Below are positions 1 to 10,052 of a DNA stretch of 24,477 nt, piece after piece. Where the stretch lies: contig APJZ01000006.1 of NCBI GenBank assembly GCA_000387965.1, positions 1 through 24,477 on the forward strand, given 5' to 3'. The notes under the pieces are model-generated. The model saw only the letters and a program-made list of their open reading frames with translations. It was not told the DNA's origin and did no database searches. The DNA comes from Candidatus Nanobsidianus stetteri (GTDB lineage Archaea; Nanobdellota; Nanobdellia; Nanobdellales; Nanobdellaceae). The position numbers were made by a program, and so were the translations under genes. Position 1 is the first letter of the stretch. Each line of letters starts with the position of its first letter.

Positions 1-3000
1 TCTGCATAATTATTTATTGATTGAATTTGTGTGTTACATAATGATCCTGCACACATGGATTGTTGATATTCAAAATCTGAATTACAATTTCTAGAGAATT
101 GCGCTCCATTAAATATTATATAACATGTTTGTGCATTCTTATCTACTATATTAAATGTTGTTAATGATTGTAATTGTGCTCCATTTGGTGGGGAAATTAC
201 ATAACTTATTGGTAATATTATTGAATAATTATATATGTATGTATTCCATCCATAAATTGTAAATGTTATATTATAATCTTGTGGAGAACAATATAGATTT
301 GTTATATTAATTTCTACATTAAAATATCCTATTTGATTTGGATTTAATGAATTTATTTGACCACTAGTACTTAATATTTGTATACAACTTGAATTATAGT
401 ATATATTTTGTATAGATATATTTTCAGCAGGTACCGGTCCTGTATTTTGTACTGCTATAGTTATATTTGAAGGTTGTCCATATGTTATTTGAGTTAATGA
501 TGGATTAGTATATATATTTAATGTATCCCAGTTTATATTTACATATCCATAATATGTTACAGGATTATATACGGTTAATCCATATGCATTTTGATATGTT
601 ACACTATAATTTATCGTACAATCTTGATGTTGACATAGATCTGTTGGGAAATAAATATATAATGGAGAATATTGCTGTTGCTGTAATAAGAAACTACTAT
701 TTGGATCATTTGGAAGAGTCCAATTTATATTTATTGTAAGATTTCCTACTCCAACATTTGTTATATTACCAATATAAATTGCATCGCCTGGATTTATATT
801 ATAAATATATGGATAGTATGTTAAATTTTGTAAATATACACTAGCATTTGGATTTATTACTAATAAATAATATCCTGGTTCTGGGTATATTGGTAACCAT
901 CCTTCTGCCTGTCCAGTTATATTACCAATATTACATAAAATTCCATCTGCATCACATATATAATCTGCCGGATTATTACATATAGTTTTTACATAATCTT
1001 GATATATTACATAATAACCTGCATTATTTACACTAAAATTATATAAAGTAAAGTAAGAACTTCCTGAAGGGAAACCTTTTGGAACTAATAATCCTTCGTT
1101 TGGATATATATTATAAACAGTATTTCTATCTATATTATATTGTGTAAAGTTGAATGGTAGATTTGATATACCTTGTACATATTGGAATGAATTTGTATTA
1201 TAATATTGATTTGAGCTATATAACCAAGCAGAAACAGAGGGTGGAGTACTTTTTGTAGCACCATCGCTGCATAAATCGTTATACCCACTACTTACATTAA
1301 ATCCTACAGAACTATTTTGTGCTAGAACATATATTCCGTCATAATATGTATAATATGATCCTGAATATGGTCCATAATATGAGAATTGTATAGATAGAGG
1401 ATTTGAATCTGAATAAGCACCAGATATTGTCCATCCATGAGAACATGATTGAGTAGTAAATTCTCCAGAACTTGCTACTAATACTTGTAATGGATTATTA
1501 ATAAATGCTTGATTAAATGAAATATTGTCATAATAATATTCTCCATAATATATATAATTTCCAGCATTGTTATCATAATTACTTATATTTAGATCACATA
1601 AGTTCTGACCCCAATCTGGATCTCCAGATCCTGGACAATTTGTTCTAGTAACTACACTTGTTCCATTTGGTAAAATTACTGTAAAGTTAAAGTATGTATT
1701 ATTTAATAAATTATTTGAAGAAGGACAACCTGGAATTATTTGTCCTGCATCATCTGCTCCTTGATATATTGGATTTGTATAATATTCAAAATAATATGGA
1801 TAATTTAAATATATGAATCCTGTATAATTATATTGATCACAAGATAACAATTGGAGATTTTTACCACTTACTGTACAATTTTGAACAGTTATATTATAAT
1901 CTATTATTGTAGAATTCATATTATTTGGCAAATTTAATGGTAAATTGTTGAAATACACTGTATAATTATAAATAGGTGTAATATTTCCTAAATAACTATA
2001 ATTACCAATTGCAAAAATTTGTGATGGATTTGATGAATTATAAAATTCATAAGAAACTGTTACAGTTCCATTAAATCCTTGTGTTGTTATATTTAAAGAA
2101 TCTGAAGGTGTACATATTTGATTTGAACTTAGATATAGTTCCTGAGAATGTATATTAAATAATAGTGGTAATAAGACTAATACAAAGATAAATAATTTTT
2201 TCTTTTTCAGTACCATAAATAATATTATTGCGATAAATATTATTAATATTACCAGATAATAGTTTGAATAATTATAATTATTTTGCACATTATTTATTGG
2301 CTGTGTTTGATTTGTAGTTATATTTTGAATCGTATTATTTATTATCCATAAATTAGAATATTGAGATGAATAGAAAGAAATATAATAAACTCCACTACCC
2401 AATGTGTAATTTAAACAATTATTATTTATGTTTGTAGTATATATTATGTTTGATTCTGAATTATATCCTATATTTAATATTCCAGAAATATTTGAACATA
2501 TATAGAAATAATTATTTGTATAATTTACATAAATTAAATTACTTATTGGAATACCATAAGTATTTGATTGATTTAAAATATAATATGTACAATATGCATA
2601 ATCTAAATTATTATTAGAATATAGATTTATACATAAATCAAAGCTAGTAGAATTTAATGGTAATTGTAAATTCACATAAGTAAATTGCGTACTATTCCAA
2701 CTTATATTTCCTAAATATATATTTTCTTTAAATCCTAATGTATTTGAATAAACTTCTGCTATTACATTTGGAGTAACTGGATATGTATAATGATCTGGAG
2801 ATGGGGCTACTATAAATGTTAAATTTCCGTTACCTTGTAAATAAACACCATCTAATCTTGTTGTTGGACCTAAAACAATAAATCTTAATCTATATATTGA
2901 TTCTGTTTGATTATTATATAATAAAGTTATTCTTAATGAATAAGCATTTGGATTCAATGTTGCAACATTTATATATGGAATATTTATTATATTATATCCT

Positions 3001-3755
3001 TCATTTAGTTGTATATTTTCAGTATAATTGTATACGGGATTATATAAAATATCATCCCATGGGGATATTAAAATATTTAATGTAGCATTTGTATTTATAC
3101 TTGAATATATACCAACTGTTAAATTAATATAATTTGAAACACCATATCCGGAAGGCCCACTTAATGAGGAATAATAATATCCTGATGAAGATAATACACT
3201 ACCCCATGTATATAAAGCAGGAGAACTTAAATATGTATCATTTTTAATAATATAAATTTCTGGAACATTATTTGGGTTATTTATATAAAATTCTTGATAT
3301 ACTCCTGGATAATATATAAATGGTAGACCATTTATTTCACTTAAAGGTGTATATAAATATGCAACAATATAATAATATCCGGAAGGTAAATTATCCGGAA
3401 TTGTATAATTTAATGGTATATTTAAAGATTCTCCTGGTTGCAAATATATATTTTTTATTACATATTCATATACTTCATTATCAGATGTAAATTGGAATGG
3501 ATAAATATTATTATTATCATTTTTTTGTATTATTTGTATTACTAATGATGCGTTTGATATATAATAAATATCTCTATAATTTATATAAACATTATAATAC
3601 AATGTTTGACCTACAGATAAATTATTATTCGATAAATTTATACTCAAAAATGTTACTGGTTGATATAAAGATGTTGAATGCCATATATTATACCCCTGAG
3701 AAAAAATTGAATATAGGGAAAATAAAAGAAATGATAATAAATATATCTTTTTCAT
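1..3755 (-). CDS. Very large secreted/surface glycoprotein-like ORF, partial (runs off the left edge, at least 1251 codons). It holds two complete 'signal peptide + ectodomain' modules in one reading frame
   Basis: Hand translation of the minus strand. ATG at 3755-3753 is preceded by an in-frame TGA (3764-3762). The stretches I translated by hand (both ends, the 2142-2291 junction, 1-62) contain no stop; for the rest I rely on the supplied track, which lists no minus-strand ORF here and appears to omit edge-truncated ORFs. N-terminus MKKIYLLSFLLFSLYSIFSQ/GYN looks like a signal peptide. Composition is N/Y/I/S/T-rich with dozens of N-x-S/T sequons. A hydrophobic anchor YYLVILIIFIAIILF (2261-2217) is followed directly by MVLKKKKLFIFVLVLLPLLFNIHSQ/ELY (2216-2142), then a Cys-rich ectodomain with a CARDB/Ig-like stretch GQPSNITIAVQNTGPVPAENI (about 416-478). 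Confidence 0.75.
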   Translation of the reverse strand, partial: MKKIYLLSFLLFSLYSIFSQGYNIWHSTSLYQPVTFLSINLSNNNLSVGQTLYYNVYINYRDIYYISNASLVIQIIQKNDNNNIYPFQFTSDNEVYEYVIKNIYLQPGESLNIPLNYTIPDNLPSGYYYIVAYLYTPLSEINGLPFIYYPGVYQEFYINNPNNVPEIYIIKNDTYLSSPALYTWGSVLSSSGYYYSSLSGPSGYGVSNYINLTVGIYSSINTNATLNILISPWDDILYNPVYNYTENIQLNEGYNIINIPYINVATLNPNAYSLRITLLYNNQTESIYRLRFIVLGPTTRLDGVYLQGNGNLTFIVAPSPDHYTYPVTPNVIAEVYSNTLGFKENIYLGNISWNSTQFTYVNLQLPLNSTSFDLCINLYSNNNLDYAYCTYYILNQSNTYGIPISNLIYVNYTNNYFYICSNISGILNIGYNSESNIIYTTNINNNCLNYTLGSGVYYISFYSSQYSNLWIINNTIQNITTNQTQPINNVQNNYNYSNYYLVILIIFIAIILFMVLKKKKLFIFVLVLLPLLFNIHSQELYLSSNQICTPSDSLNITTQGFNGTVTVSYEFYNSSNPSQIFAIGNYSYLGNITPIYNYTVYFNNLPLNLPNNMNSTIIDYNITVQNCTVSGKNLQLLSCDQYNYTGFIYLNYPYYFEYYTNPIYQGADDAGQIIPGCPSSNNLLNNTYFNFTVILPNGTSVVTRTNCPGSGDPDWGQNLCDLNISNYDNNAGNYIYYGEYYYDNISFNQAFINNPLQVLVASSGEFTTQSCSHGWTISGAYSDSNPLSIQFSYYGPYSGSYYTYYDGIYVLAQNSSVGFNVSSGYNDLCSDGATKSTPPSVSAWLYSSNQYYNTNSFQYVQGISNLPFNFTQYNIDRNTVYNIYPNEGLLVPKGFPSGSSYFTLYNFSVNNAGYYVIYQDYVKTICNNPADYICDADGILCNIGNITGQAEGWLPIYPEPGYYLLVINPNASVYLQNLTYYPYIYNINPGDAIYIGNITNVGVGNLTININWTLPNDPNSSFLLQQQQYSPLYIYFPTDLCQHQDCTINYSVTYQNAYGLTVYNPVTYYGYVNINWDTLNIYTNPSLTQITYGQPSNITIAVQNTGPVPAENISIQNIYYNSSCIQILSTSGQINSLNPNQIGYFNVEINITNLYCSPQDYNITFTIYGWNTYIYNYSIILPISYVISPPNGAQLQSLTTFNIVDKNAQTCYIIFNGAQFSRNCNSDFEYQQSMCAGSLCNTQIQSINNYA

Positions 3756-3780
3756 AAAAATTCATTCATAAAAAATTTTT

Positions 3781-5643
3781 TTAAATCTTCTTACCAGTTG
3801 CAATTTCTATAACTTCATCTATTGTTTTTACAGGTGTTATTTTTATCTTATCAAATAAATCTTCAGGTATATCATTATAATTACCCTCCGGTACTATAAC
3901 TTCTTTTAATTTAGATTCTATTGCAGCTTCTACTTTTGCTATTATACCGCCAACAGGTAATACCTCTCCCCTTATTGATAAAGAACCTGTCATTGCCAAA
4001 TCCTGTCTCACTGGCCAATTCTTTAATGCGGATATTATTGCAGTTGCAACAGTTATTGAAGCTGAATCTCCCTCTACACCTTCATATGTTTGTAAAAATT
4101 GAACATGAACTTTGTATTTCTTCAAATCTTCTCCAAATTTCTTTTTTACTACTGCAGATACATTTACTATTGCCTCTTTTGCAATCTTTCCTAAGTTTCC
4201 AGTAGCAGTAATTTCTCTACCACCCTTTCCAGGTACAACCTCTGCCTCAACAGGTAATACCAATCCTGAATAATATAACCTTGATCCAATTACTGCCAAT
4301 CCATTTACCCTTCCAATTTCATATCCATCAGTTTTTATTATTTGATATTCTTTCCTTCTTTCAATATAATATTTTGATATTTGCTCTTCAATTGTTAATG
4401 CTTTTTCCTTTGCTTCTATAACATCTTCAGGTTCGACATATTTTTTTCCTTTTGACTTTGCAATATCTCCAGCCAATCTTACCAATCCTCCCAAATCTCT
4501 TAATCTTAATGTTAAATAACTTTTTCTTCCAGATCTTCTTTGGGCTTCTCTAATAATTTCTATAACAGCCTCTTTTGTAAAATGTGGTATATTACCTGTC
4601 TTTTTAACTTCTTGCGCTACAAATTGTACAAATTTATTTGCACTTTCTTCTGTAAATAATATTTCAGAATTCATAAATACTTCATATCCATATCCTCTTA
4701 TTCTTGATCTAAATGCTGGATGTAATTTTTCCAATGTTTCCAAATTTCCAGCTGCTACTAATACAAAATCAGCGGGAGCTGGAGTAGTTCTTACCATTGC
4801 ACCAGCAGATCTTTCAGATCTTCCAAATATTGGATATTTCTTTTCTTGTAAAACAGATAATAATTCTATCTGAACCTCTGGTCTTAATGTTCCAATTTCA
4901 TCTATAAACAATACTCCTTTATTTGCCTTATGTATTGCACCAGCAATTACTCTTTGATGTGCTGGAGTTTCAAGACCTCCAGATTGAAATGGATCATGTA
5001 ATACATCTCCAAATAACATACCTTCAAATGCACCTGTAGCATCTACGAATGGTACAGAAGTTCTGTTTGAATTATCTACCAATAATTTTGGTATATTTTT
5101 CATTATTTGCTTTTGCATTACTTGGAAAGAAAATGATATGCTAGCCATTAAAATCATAAATCCGATAAATGTTGCACCGGCCATTATATAATTTCCTTCA
5201 TAGTAAAAGTACATTGGAGTAAATGCTGATATAAGTAATAATAAAATATAGAAATATTGGAAAATTTTTGTTTGTTCCAATACTTTTTTTCTCATTTCTT
5301 CTACAATTTTTTTACCAGTTCCCATTGGTACCGTTTTTATTATTGGTTGATATTCATCATTTGGATTTGGGAATACCAATATATCTTCTAAATTTTTAAC
5401 TTGTTCTTTATCTTCTGATAATATTTCTGCCAATGCTTGTGCTAGCATAGATTTACCAGTACCAGGATCTCCTATTAATAAAACATGCCTCCTCTGTTTA
5501 GCAGCTTTTTTAATTATATCCAATGCCTTATCTTGTCCAATAATTTGCTCTGATATCTTTTCAGGTACATTTATTTCTTCTGTAGTCTTAAATTTGAATA
5601 TACTATATAGATCCTTTATTGATATTATGTTATTTTCGGACAT
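3781..5643 (-). CDS. lonB: Archaeal membrane-bound Lon protease (LonB type)
   Basis: 620 aa. Walker A GDPGTGKS. Two hydrophobic helices are inserted in the AAA+ module ([19 protein letters not shown]..., [18 protein letters not shown]), which is typical of archaeal LonB. C-terminal Lon protease domain with Ser motif [20 protein letters not shown] and downstream Lys ([10 protein letters not shown]). Confidence 0.95.
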   Translation of the reverse strand: MSENNIISIKDLYSIFKFKTTEEINVPEKISEQIIGQDKALDIIKKAAKQRRHVLLIGDPGTGKSMLAQALAEILSEDKEQVKNLEDILVFPNPNDEYQPIIKTVPMGTGKKIVEEMRKKVLEQTKIFQYFYILLLLISAFTPMYFYYEGNYIMAGATFIGFMILMASISFSFQVMQKQIMKNIPKLLVDNSNRTSVPFVDATGAFEGMLFGDVLHDPFQSGGLETPAHQRVIAGAIHKANKGVLFIDEIGTLRPEVQIELLSVLQEKKYPIFGRSERSAGAMVRTTPAPADFVLVAAGNLETLEKLHPAFRSRIRGYGYEVFMNSEILFTEESANKFVQFVAQEVKKTGNIPHFTKEAVIEIIREAQRRSGRKSYLTLRLRDLGGLVRLAGDIAKSKGKKYVEPEDVIEAKEKALTIEEQISKYYIERRKEYQIIKTDGYEIGRVNGLAVIGSRLYYSGLVLPVEAEVVPGKGGREITATGNLGKIAKEAIVNVSAVVKKKFGEDLKKYKVHVQFLQTYEGVEGDSASITVATAIISALKNWPVRQDLAMTGSLSIRGEVLPVGGIIAKVEAAIESKLKEVIVPEGNYNDIPEDLFDKIKITPVKTIDEVIEIATGKKI

Positions 5644-5681
5644 AATACATTTTATAAAATTAAAAAATATAAAGATGAAAT
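5644..5681. promoter_or_regulatory. 38-bp divergent spacer with two interdigitated TATA-like boxes (lonB / membrane protein)
   Basis: TTTTATAAAA (5650-5659) is centred 27.5 nt upstream of the + ATG (5682). ATATAAA (5667-5673, read as TTTATAT on the minus strand) is centred 27 nt upstream of the - ATG (5643). The AT-rich background makes such matches easy to find. Confidence 0.35.
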
Positions 5682-6647
5682 ATGTTTGAATATATAAAAA
5701 TAGATAGAAGGGTAATATATTATTTAATGATTATAGGTTTCTTCTTATCCTTTAATCATTGGGATAATTTATTTATTGGATTAGCCAATTTATTTTTCTC
5801 AATAATTTATACAATAATTTCATACTTTATATTATTATTTGTATTTAATTTAGTTTCATCATTTTATGGTTTATATATTTATTTAGATAATGTTATTGCA
5901 GAATTAAAAATATTGTTTTATAAAAGAGAATCTTATGCATTTTTTTATTATTTATTAATTATTTTAGAAATAATATTATTCTTTATATTTAGAGGTAACT
6001 TGTTTTTATATGTTATGATATCTCTTTTTGTAATATTATTCTTTTATAATTATATAAAACAATTAAAGATAAAGAGTTCAAAGAGCGAACAATTAAACTT
6101 TACATACATACATAGATATAATTTAAGTTATATAATTACAATTGTATTATCAATAGTTACACTGGGATTATTTGTTCCAATAATATTTTCTATGAAACCG
6201 ATAGTAATAGAATATAGAAGGCTTGGAAAAAGTAAAAATGTAGAAGTAAGAAACGATGAATTATTAAGGATATTTTTAATTTCTACAATAATATTATGGA
6301 TAATATATTCGTCAATAAAATATATATCATCTTATTCAACAATATTGTATGGTTTTACTTATTACTTCTTTAATTTCTTATTTTTCTTTACATATTCATC
6401 AATAATACCTATAGGAATATTATTATCTCCATATTTATCTATTAGAAGGGGATATGTATATTCAAATAAATTTATTGGAGATATATTAATATTATCAAAT
6501 ATACCATTTTATCTTGCATCTATTATAACTATTGCTCTATTGCCAATATTTTCAATAATATTTAACCCAATAGAAGTATTAATATTTTCTTTAGCTGTAT
6601 TTTCTATAATATGGATAAGAAAGCAATTTGACGTTCTAACAAAATGA
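5682..6647 (+). CDS. Polytopic integral membrane protein, function unknown
   Basis: 321 aa, F/I/L/Y-rich, with about 8 hydrophobic segments and short K/R loops. I recognise no family motif. Divergent from lonB across a 38-bp spacer. Confidence 0.6.
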   Translation: MFEYIKIDRRVIYYLMIIGFFLSFNHWDNLFIGLANLFFSIIYTIISYFILLFVFNLVSSFYGLYIYLDNVIAELKILFYKRESYAFFYYLLIILEIILFFIFRGNLFLYVMISLFVILFFYNYIKQLKIKSSKSEQLNFTYIHRYNLSYIITIVLSIVTLGLFVPIIFSMKPIVIEYRRLGKSKNVEVRNDELLRIFLISTIILWIIYSSIKYISSYSTILYGFTYYFFNFLFFFTYSSIIPIGILLSPYLSIRRGYVYSNKFIGDILILSNIPFYLASIITIALLPIFSIIFNPIEVLIFSLAVFSIIWIRKQFDVLTK

Positions 6648-6695
6648 TATAAAAGTTATTTAGGTCCATATTCATTGATTAATAGTAAAAAATTA

Positions 6696-6737
6696 ATAAT
6701 ATTTAAAAGGTTAACTTTATAAACATAATATTTAAAA
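6696..6737 (+). promoter_or_regulatory. tfb upstream region: TATA-like TTTATAAA flanked by a perfect 13-bp direct repeat
   Basis: ATAATATTTAAAA occurs at 6696-6708 and again at 6725-6737. TTTATAAA at 6716-6723 is centred 25.5 nt upstream of the tfb ATG (6745). Confidence 0.35.
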
Positions 6738-6744
6738 ATTTATT

Positions 6745-7671
6745 ATGGTTCAAAAGCTTATAAAAAATCCTGAATTGAAATGTCCAGTATGTGGAAGTAC
6801 AGAATTTATATACAATGAAAAGACAGCAGAGCTAGTATGTGCAAAATGTGGTTATGTAATTGAAGAAGTTCCATATCTAGGAAAGGAATATAGAACAATA
6901 AATTCAGAAGATGCAGAAAAGTTATCAAGAACTGGCAGTGCAATGAGATATACAAATATACCAAGTATGATATCAACAGAAATTGGAAAGGCAGAATCAA
7001 AAGATGAAGATGTAACATTATCAAGAAAATTAAAGAAATGGCAACAGAGATCTACAAGTTCTTATGAAAGAAACTTAAAATTAGCACAACAAGAATTAAG
7101 AAGAATTTCTTCATTCTTACAATTACCAAAACAAGTAGAAGAAACAGCATTGAAATTATATTTAGATGCTGTTGAAAAAGGATTAATTAGGGGAAGATCT
7201 GTAGAAACAGTTATTGCTGCATGTACATATATAGCATGTAGAATACATGATGTTGCAAGAACAATAGATGAAATAGTTAAAGCATCAAATATACATAAAA
7301 AAGAATTGGGAAGAACATATAAACACTTATTACAAGCATTAAAGATAAAAATACAACCAATAGATGTTACAGAATATGTACATAGATTTTCATCATTATT
7401 AGGTTTACCACCAGAAGTTATATCTACAGCAATAGAGATTGTTAATAAAGCAAAAGAATCTGATATAACTGCTGGTAGAGGCCCAGCAGGGGTTGCAGCA
7501 GCTGCAATATATTTAGCATGTGTAAAACATGGAATACAAAAGACACAAAAAGATATAGCAGAAGTTGCCGGAATAACTGAAGTTACAATAAGAAATAGAT
7601 ATAAGGAGATGTTAGAAAAATTAAATCTTAAAGATATTGAAGCAAAGATGAATAGCGCTGAGGAATGGTAA
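6745..7671 (+). CDS. tfb: Transcription initiation factor B (TFB/TFIIB)
   Basis: 308 aa. N-terminal Zn-ribbon CPVCGSTEFIYNEKTAELVCAKCG, followed by two cyclin-like repeats (RGRSVETVIAACTYIACR..., GRGPAGVAAAAIYLACV...) and the HTH-like tail QKDIAEVAGITEVTIRNRYKEM. Confidence 0.95.
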   Translation: MVQKLIKNPELKCPVCGSTEFIYNEKTAELVCAKCGYVIEEVPYLGKEYRTINSEDAEKLSRTGSAMRYTNIPSMISTEIGKAESKDEDVTLSRKLKKWQQRSTSSYERNLKLAQQELRRISSFLQLPKQVEETALKLYLDAVEKGLIRGRSVETVIAACTYIACRIHDVARTIDEIVKASNIHKKELGRTYKHLLQALKIKIQPIDVTEYVHRFSSLLGLPPEVISTAIEIVNKAKESDITAGRGPAGVAAAAIYLACVKHGIQKTQKDIAEVAGITEVTIRNRYKEMLEKLNLKDIEAKMNSAEEW

Positions 7672-7943
7672 TATTACCAAAGGCATTAAAAATCAAAAAT
7701 AGATATATTTTATTAGATTTTTTTGATGAAGAAAAATTAAAAAAGGATTTTATTAAATATTTTGGATATATAAATTATTATGATTTACATTTAAATAAAA
7801 TAGAAATAAATAAAAGAATAATTTTGGCAGTAAACAAAAAACATTTGTATAAAATTATCTTTTTATTATATTTACAAAATATAAAAAATTTTAAAATATT
7901 TAAAACATTAAAAGGTGCAAAATCTTTTTTAAATATATCTTAA
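7665..7943 (+). CDS. Short Pop5/Rpp14-like protein (candidate RNase P protein subunit)
   Basis: 92 aa. N-terminal ILPKALKIKNRYILLDFFDE resembles the archaeal Pop5 LPPTLR-x-K-x-RYIAF motif. C-terminal KIFKTLKGAKSFL resembles Pop5 IFRTLGVSGTIKRL. It lies immediately upstream of psmA, the conserved Pop5-PsmA-SBDS position in the archaeal exosome superoperon. Shorter than typical Pop5 (about 120 aa). Overlaps the tfb stop by 7 nt. Confidence 0.55.
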   Translation: MVILPKALKIKNRYILLDFFDEEKLKKDFIKYFGYINYYDLHLNKIEINKRIILAVNKKHLYKIIFLLYLQNIKNFKIFKTLKGAKSFLNIS

Positions 7944-7954
7944 ACTTTATCTTT

Positions 7955-8671
7955 ATGGAAACTGATATTGGACAATTTGGACCAATGGATAGGGGATGGG
8001 CAATATTCTCACCAGAAGGAAAATTAATATTAGTAGAATATGCAAAACAAGCTGCAAAAGCTGGATCAACAGCAATTGGGATATGTACAACAGATGGTGT
8101 ATTAATAATTGCAGATAAAAAAATTCCAAGCAAATTAATTATAACAGATTCTATTGAAAAGATTATGGAAATTGATGATCATATAATTGGAACATTCTCT
8201 GGATTTATACCAGATGGTAGGGTATTAATAGATTATGCAAGGGAAATTGCTCAACAACATAAATTACAATATGGAAAACAAATAGATATAGAATTATTAG
8301 TAAGAGAAATAAGTGATATAATGCAATCTTATACAAGATTTGGTGGAGTAAGGCCTTTTGCTGTATCATTAATAATTGGAGGAATAGATAAAGATGGTGA
8401 ACCAAAGTTATTTTCATTAGATCCATCCGGAATATTTTATAGATATAAAGCTGTTGTAATTGGGGAAGGTGAAGATAAAATTACACCAATATTAGAAGAA
8501 AGATATAAAGAAATGGATTTAAATGAGGCAATTAAATTTGGAATAGATGTATTAAAAGAATATTTGGGAAATAATTTCGCATATGAAAGATTAATATTAT
8601 CATATGTAAAGAAAGGTGAAAAAGTTAAAACAATTGAAAATCATGAAATAAGAGAACTATATGAAGGATAA
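7955..8671 (+). CDS. psmA: Proteasome subunit alpha
   Basis: 238 aa. N-terminal MDRGWAIFSPEGKLILVEYAKQAAKAGSTAIGI matches the alpha-subunit signature (YDR-x-ITVFSP-x-GRL-x-QVEYA). Typical length. Confidence 0.95.
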   Translation: METDIGQFGPMDRGWAIFSPEGKLILVEYAKQAAKAGSTAIGICTTDGVLIIADKKIPSKLIITDSIEKIMEIDDHIIGTFSGFIPDGRVLIDYAREIAQQHKLQYGKQIDIELLVREISDIMQSYTRFGGVRPFAVSLIIGGIDKDGEPKLFSLDPSGIFYRYKAVVIGEGEDKITPILEERYKEMDLNEAIKFGIDVLKEYLGNNFAYERLILSYVKKGEKVKTIENHEIRELYEG

Positions 8672-9350
8672 AGATACAGAAATAAGTATAAAATATAAAA
8701 AAGAAGGTTATAATTTTGAAATAATTGTATATTTGAGAAAGGCTTTTGAATACAAAGAAGGAAAAATAAAAGATATAAAGGAAGTATTGGCTGTAGAAGA
8801 AATTTTTAAAGATTCTAAAAAAGGGGAGAGGGCATCAACTGAATCTTTAAAGAAGGTTTTTGGAACTACGAATATTCTTGAAGTTGCTAAACAAATATTG
8901 GAAAATTCCGAAATTCCATTACCTACAGAATATAAAAGAGAATTAATCGAGGAAAAGAAAAAACAGATTATTGAATATATAAGAAAAATAGCATATGATA
9001 GTAAAAATAACATGCCATTAACATATGAAAGAGCAAAAGAATTATTTGAAATTGTAAGATATAATGTAGATATAAATAAACCAGTAGAAAAACAGGCTGA
9101 AGAGGTTTTAAAGGAAATAAGAAAGAAATATCCATTAAAGATAGAATATAAAAATATAAAACTTATAGTATATCCAAATAGATTCAGGATAATTGGAATA
9201 ATAAAAAATAAATATAAAATTATAAAAGAAAATTGGGGTGAAAATTATGAAGCAATATTGGAAATCCCAATCGGATTATTATCGGAATTTTATTCAGATA
9301 TAGGAAAATTATGTGGAGAAGATTGTATAGTTGAAGAAATAAAAAAATAA
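8661..9350 (+). CDS. SBDS/Sdo1-family ribosome maturation protein
   Basis: 229 aa. FEIIVYLRKAFEYKEGKIKDIKEVLAVEEIFKDSKKGERASTESLKKVFGTTNILEVAKQIL matches the SBDS N-terminal (FYSH) domain consensus. Overlaps the psmA end by 11 nt. Conserved position after psmA. Confidence 0.9.
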   Translation: MKDKDTEISIKYKKEGYNFEIIVYLRKAFEYKEGKIKDIKEVLAVEEIFKDSKKGERASTESLKKVFGTTNILEVAKQILENSEIPLPTEYKRELIEEKKKQIIEYIRKIAYDSKNNMPLTYERAKELFEIVRYNVDINKPVEKQAEEVLKEIRKKYPLKIEYKNIKLIVYPNRFRIIGIIKNKYKIIKENWGENYEAILEIPIGLLSEFYSDIGKLCGEDCIVEEIKK

Positions 9351-10019
9351 TTATTGAGATTTTCCCTTATCTCCACCCTGTTTTTCAGACCCTTTTCCAC
9401 CTTCAGAACCGACACCGGTACCGGAAAATATCAAAAATATTCCTATTAGAATAAAAAATATCATTGCAAACAGTATATAAGGATTAAAAGTTATTATATA
9501 ATTTTGTGCCTGTGGAGATGTACCAAAAGTTATTGATAAAAAATACTTTTGATATGCATAATACATAGATAGTAAAGCAAACAAAATAATAAATACTACT
9601 ATTATTATTGGTATATATCTAGCACTACTTGGTTTTCCTTCAGTTGAAAATAATCTTTTTTCTATTACTTCGAATATTTTACCATTCGTTAACAAAGCTC
9701 CTAAAAGTATGAAGAAAAAGAATACTAAAATCATTGATACTACAAAAGCTACAAAATATTGTGTATATGATACAAAACCAGTAAATGTTGTTAACAATAA
9801 TGATGCAGAGATGGATATAATAAATGCTAATGTGCTATTTATATCTTTCTTTGATCCCCCTTCATCTTTCTTTTCTCCTTTTTCACCTGCTTTTACCATA
9901 CTATCCATTAAAAATTTTAATAGAAAATATAATATTCCAAAATAGAATAAAAAAACAAATATTAAATTTATCCCTAATATATTTACTACATTTATTATAA
10001 AATCCGCAAATGATGTCAT
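9351..10019 (-). CDS. Integral membrane protein with G/K/E-rich loop and tail, function unknown
   Basis: 222 aa with about 5-6 hydrophobic segments. Charged loop KAGEKGEKKDEGGSKKD and tail GTGVGSEGGKGSEKQGGDKGKSQ. Lies 33 nt downstream of the glycogen synthase gene on the same strand. Its stop abuts the SBDS stop with 0 nt between them. Confidence 0.6.
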   Translation of the reverse strand: MTSFADFIINVVNILGINLIFVFLFYFGILYFLLKFLMDSMVKAGEKGEKKDEGGSKKDINSTLAFIISISASLLLTTFTGFVSYTQYFVAFVVSMILVFFFFILLGALLTNGKIFEVIEKRLFSTEGKPSSARYIPIIIVVFIILFALLSMYYAYQKYFLSITFGTSPQAQNYIITFNPYILFAMIFFILIGIFLIFSGTGVGSEGGKGSEKQGGDKGKSQ

Positions 10020-10052
10020 ATATAAAAATTTGCTTTTATTACTTTTAAATTA

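Noticed and set aside
521-3757. Plus-strand track ORFs 521-739, 2897-3085 and 3497-3757.
   Set aside because: They lie antisense inside the long uninterrupted minus-strand ORF (1-3755). They are short, have H/L/Y/M-rich nonsense-like composition, and are the expected by-product of an AT-rich coding strand.
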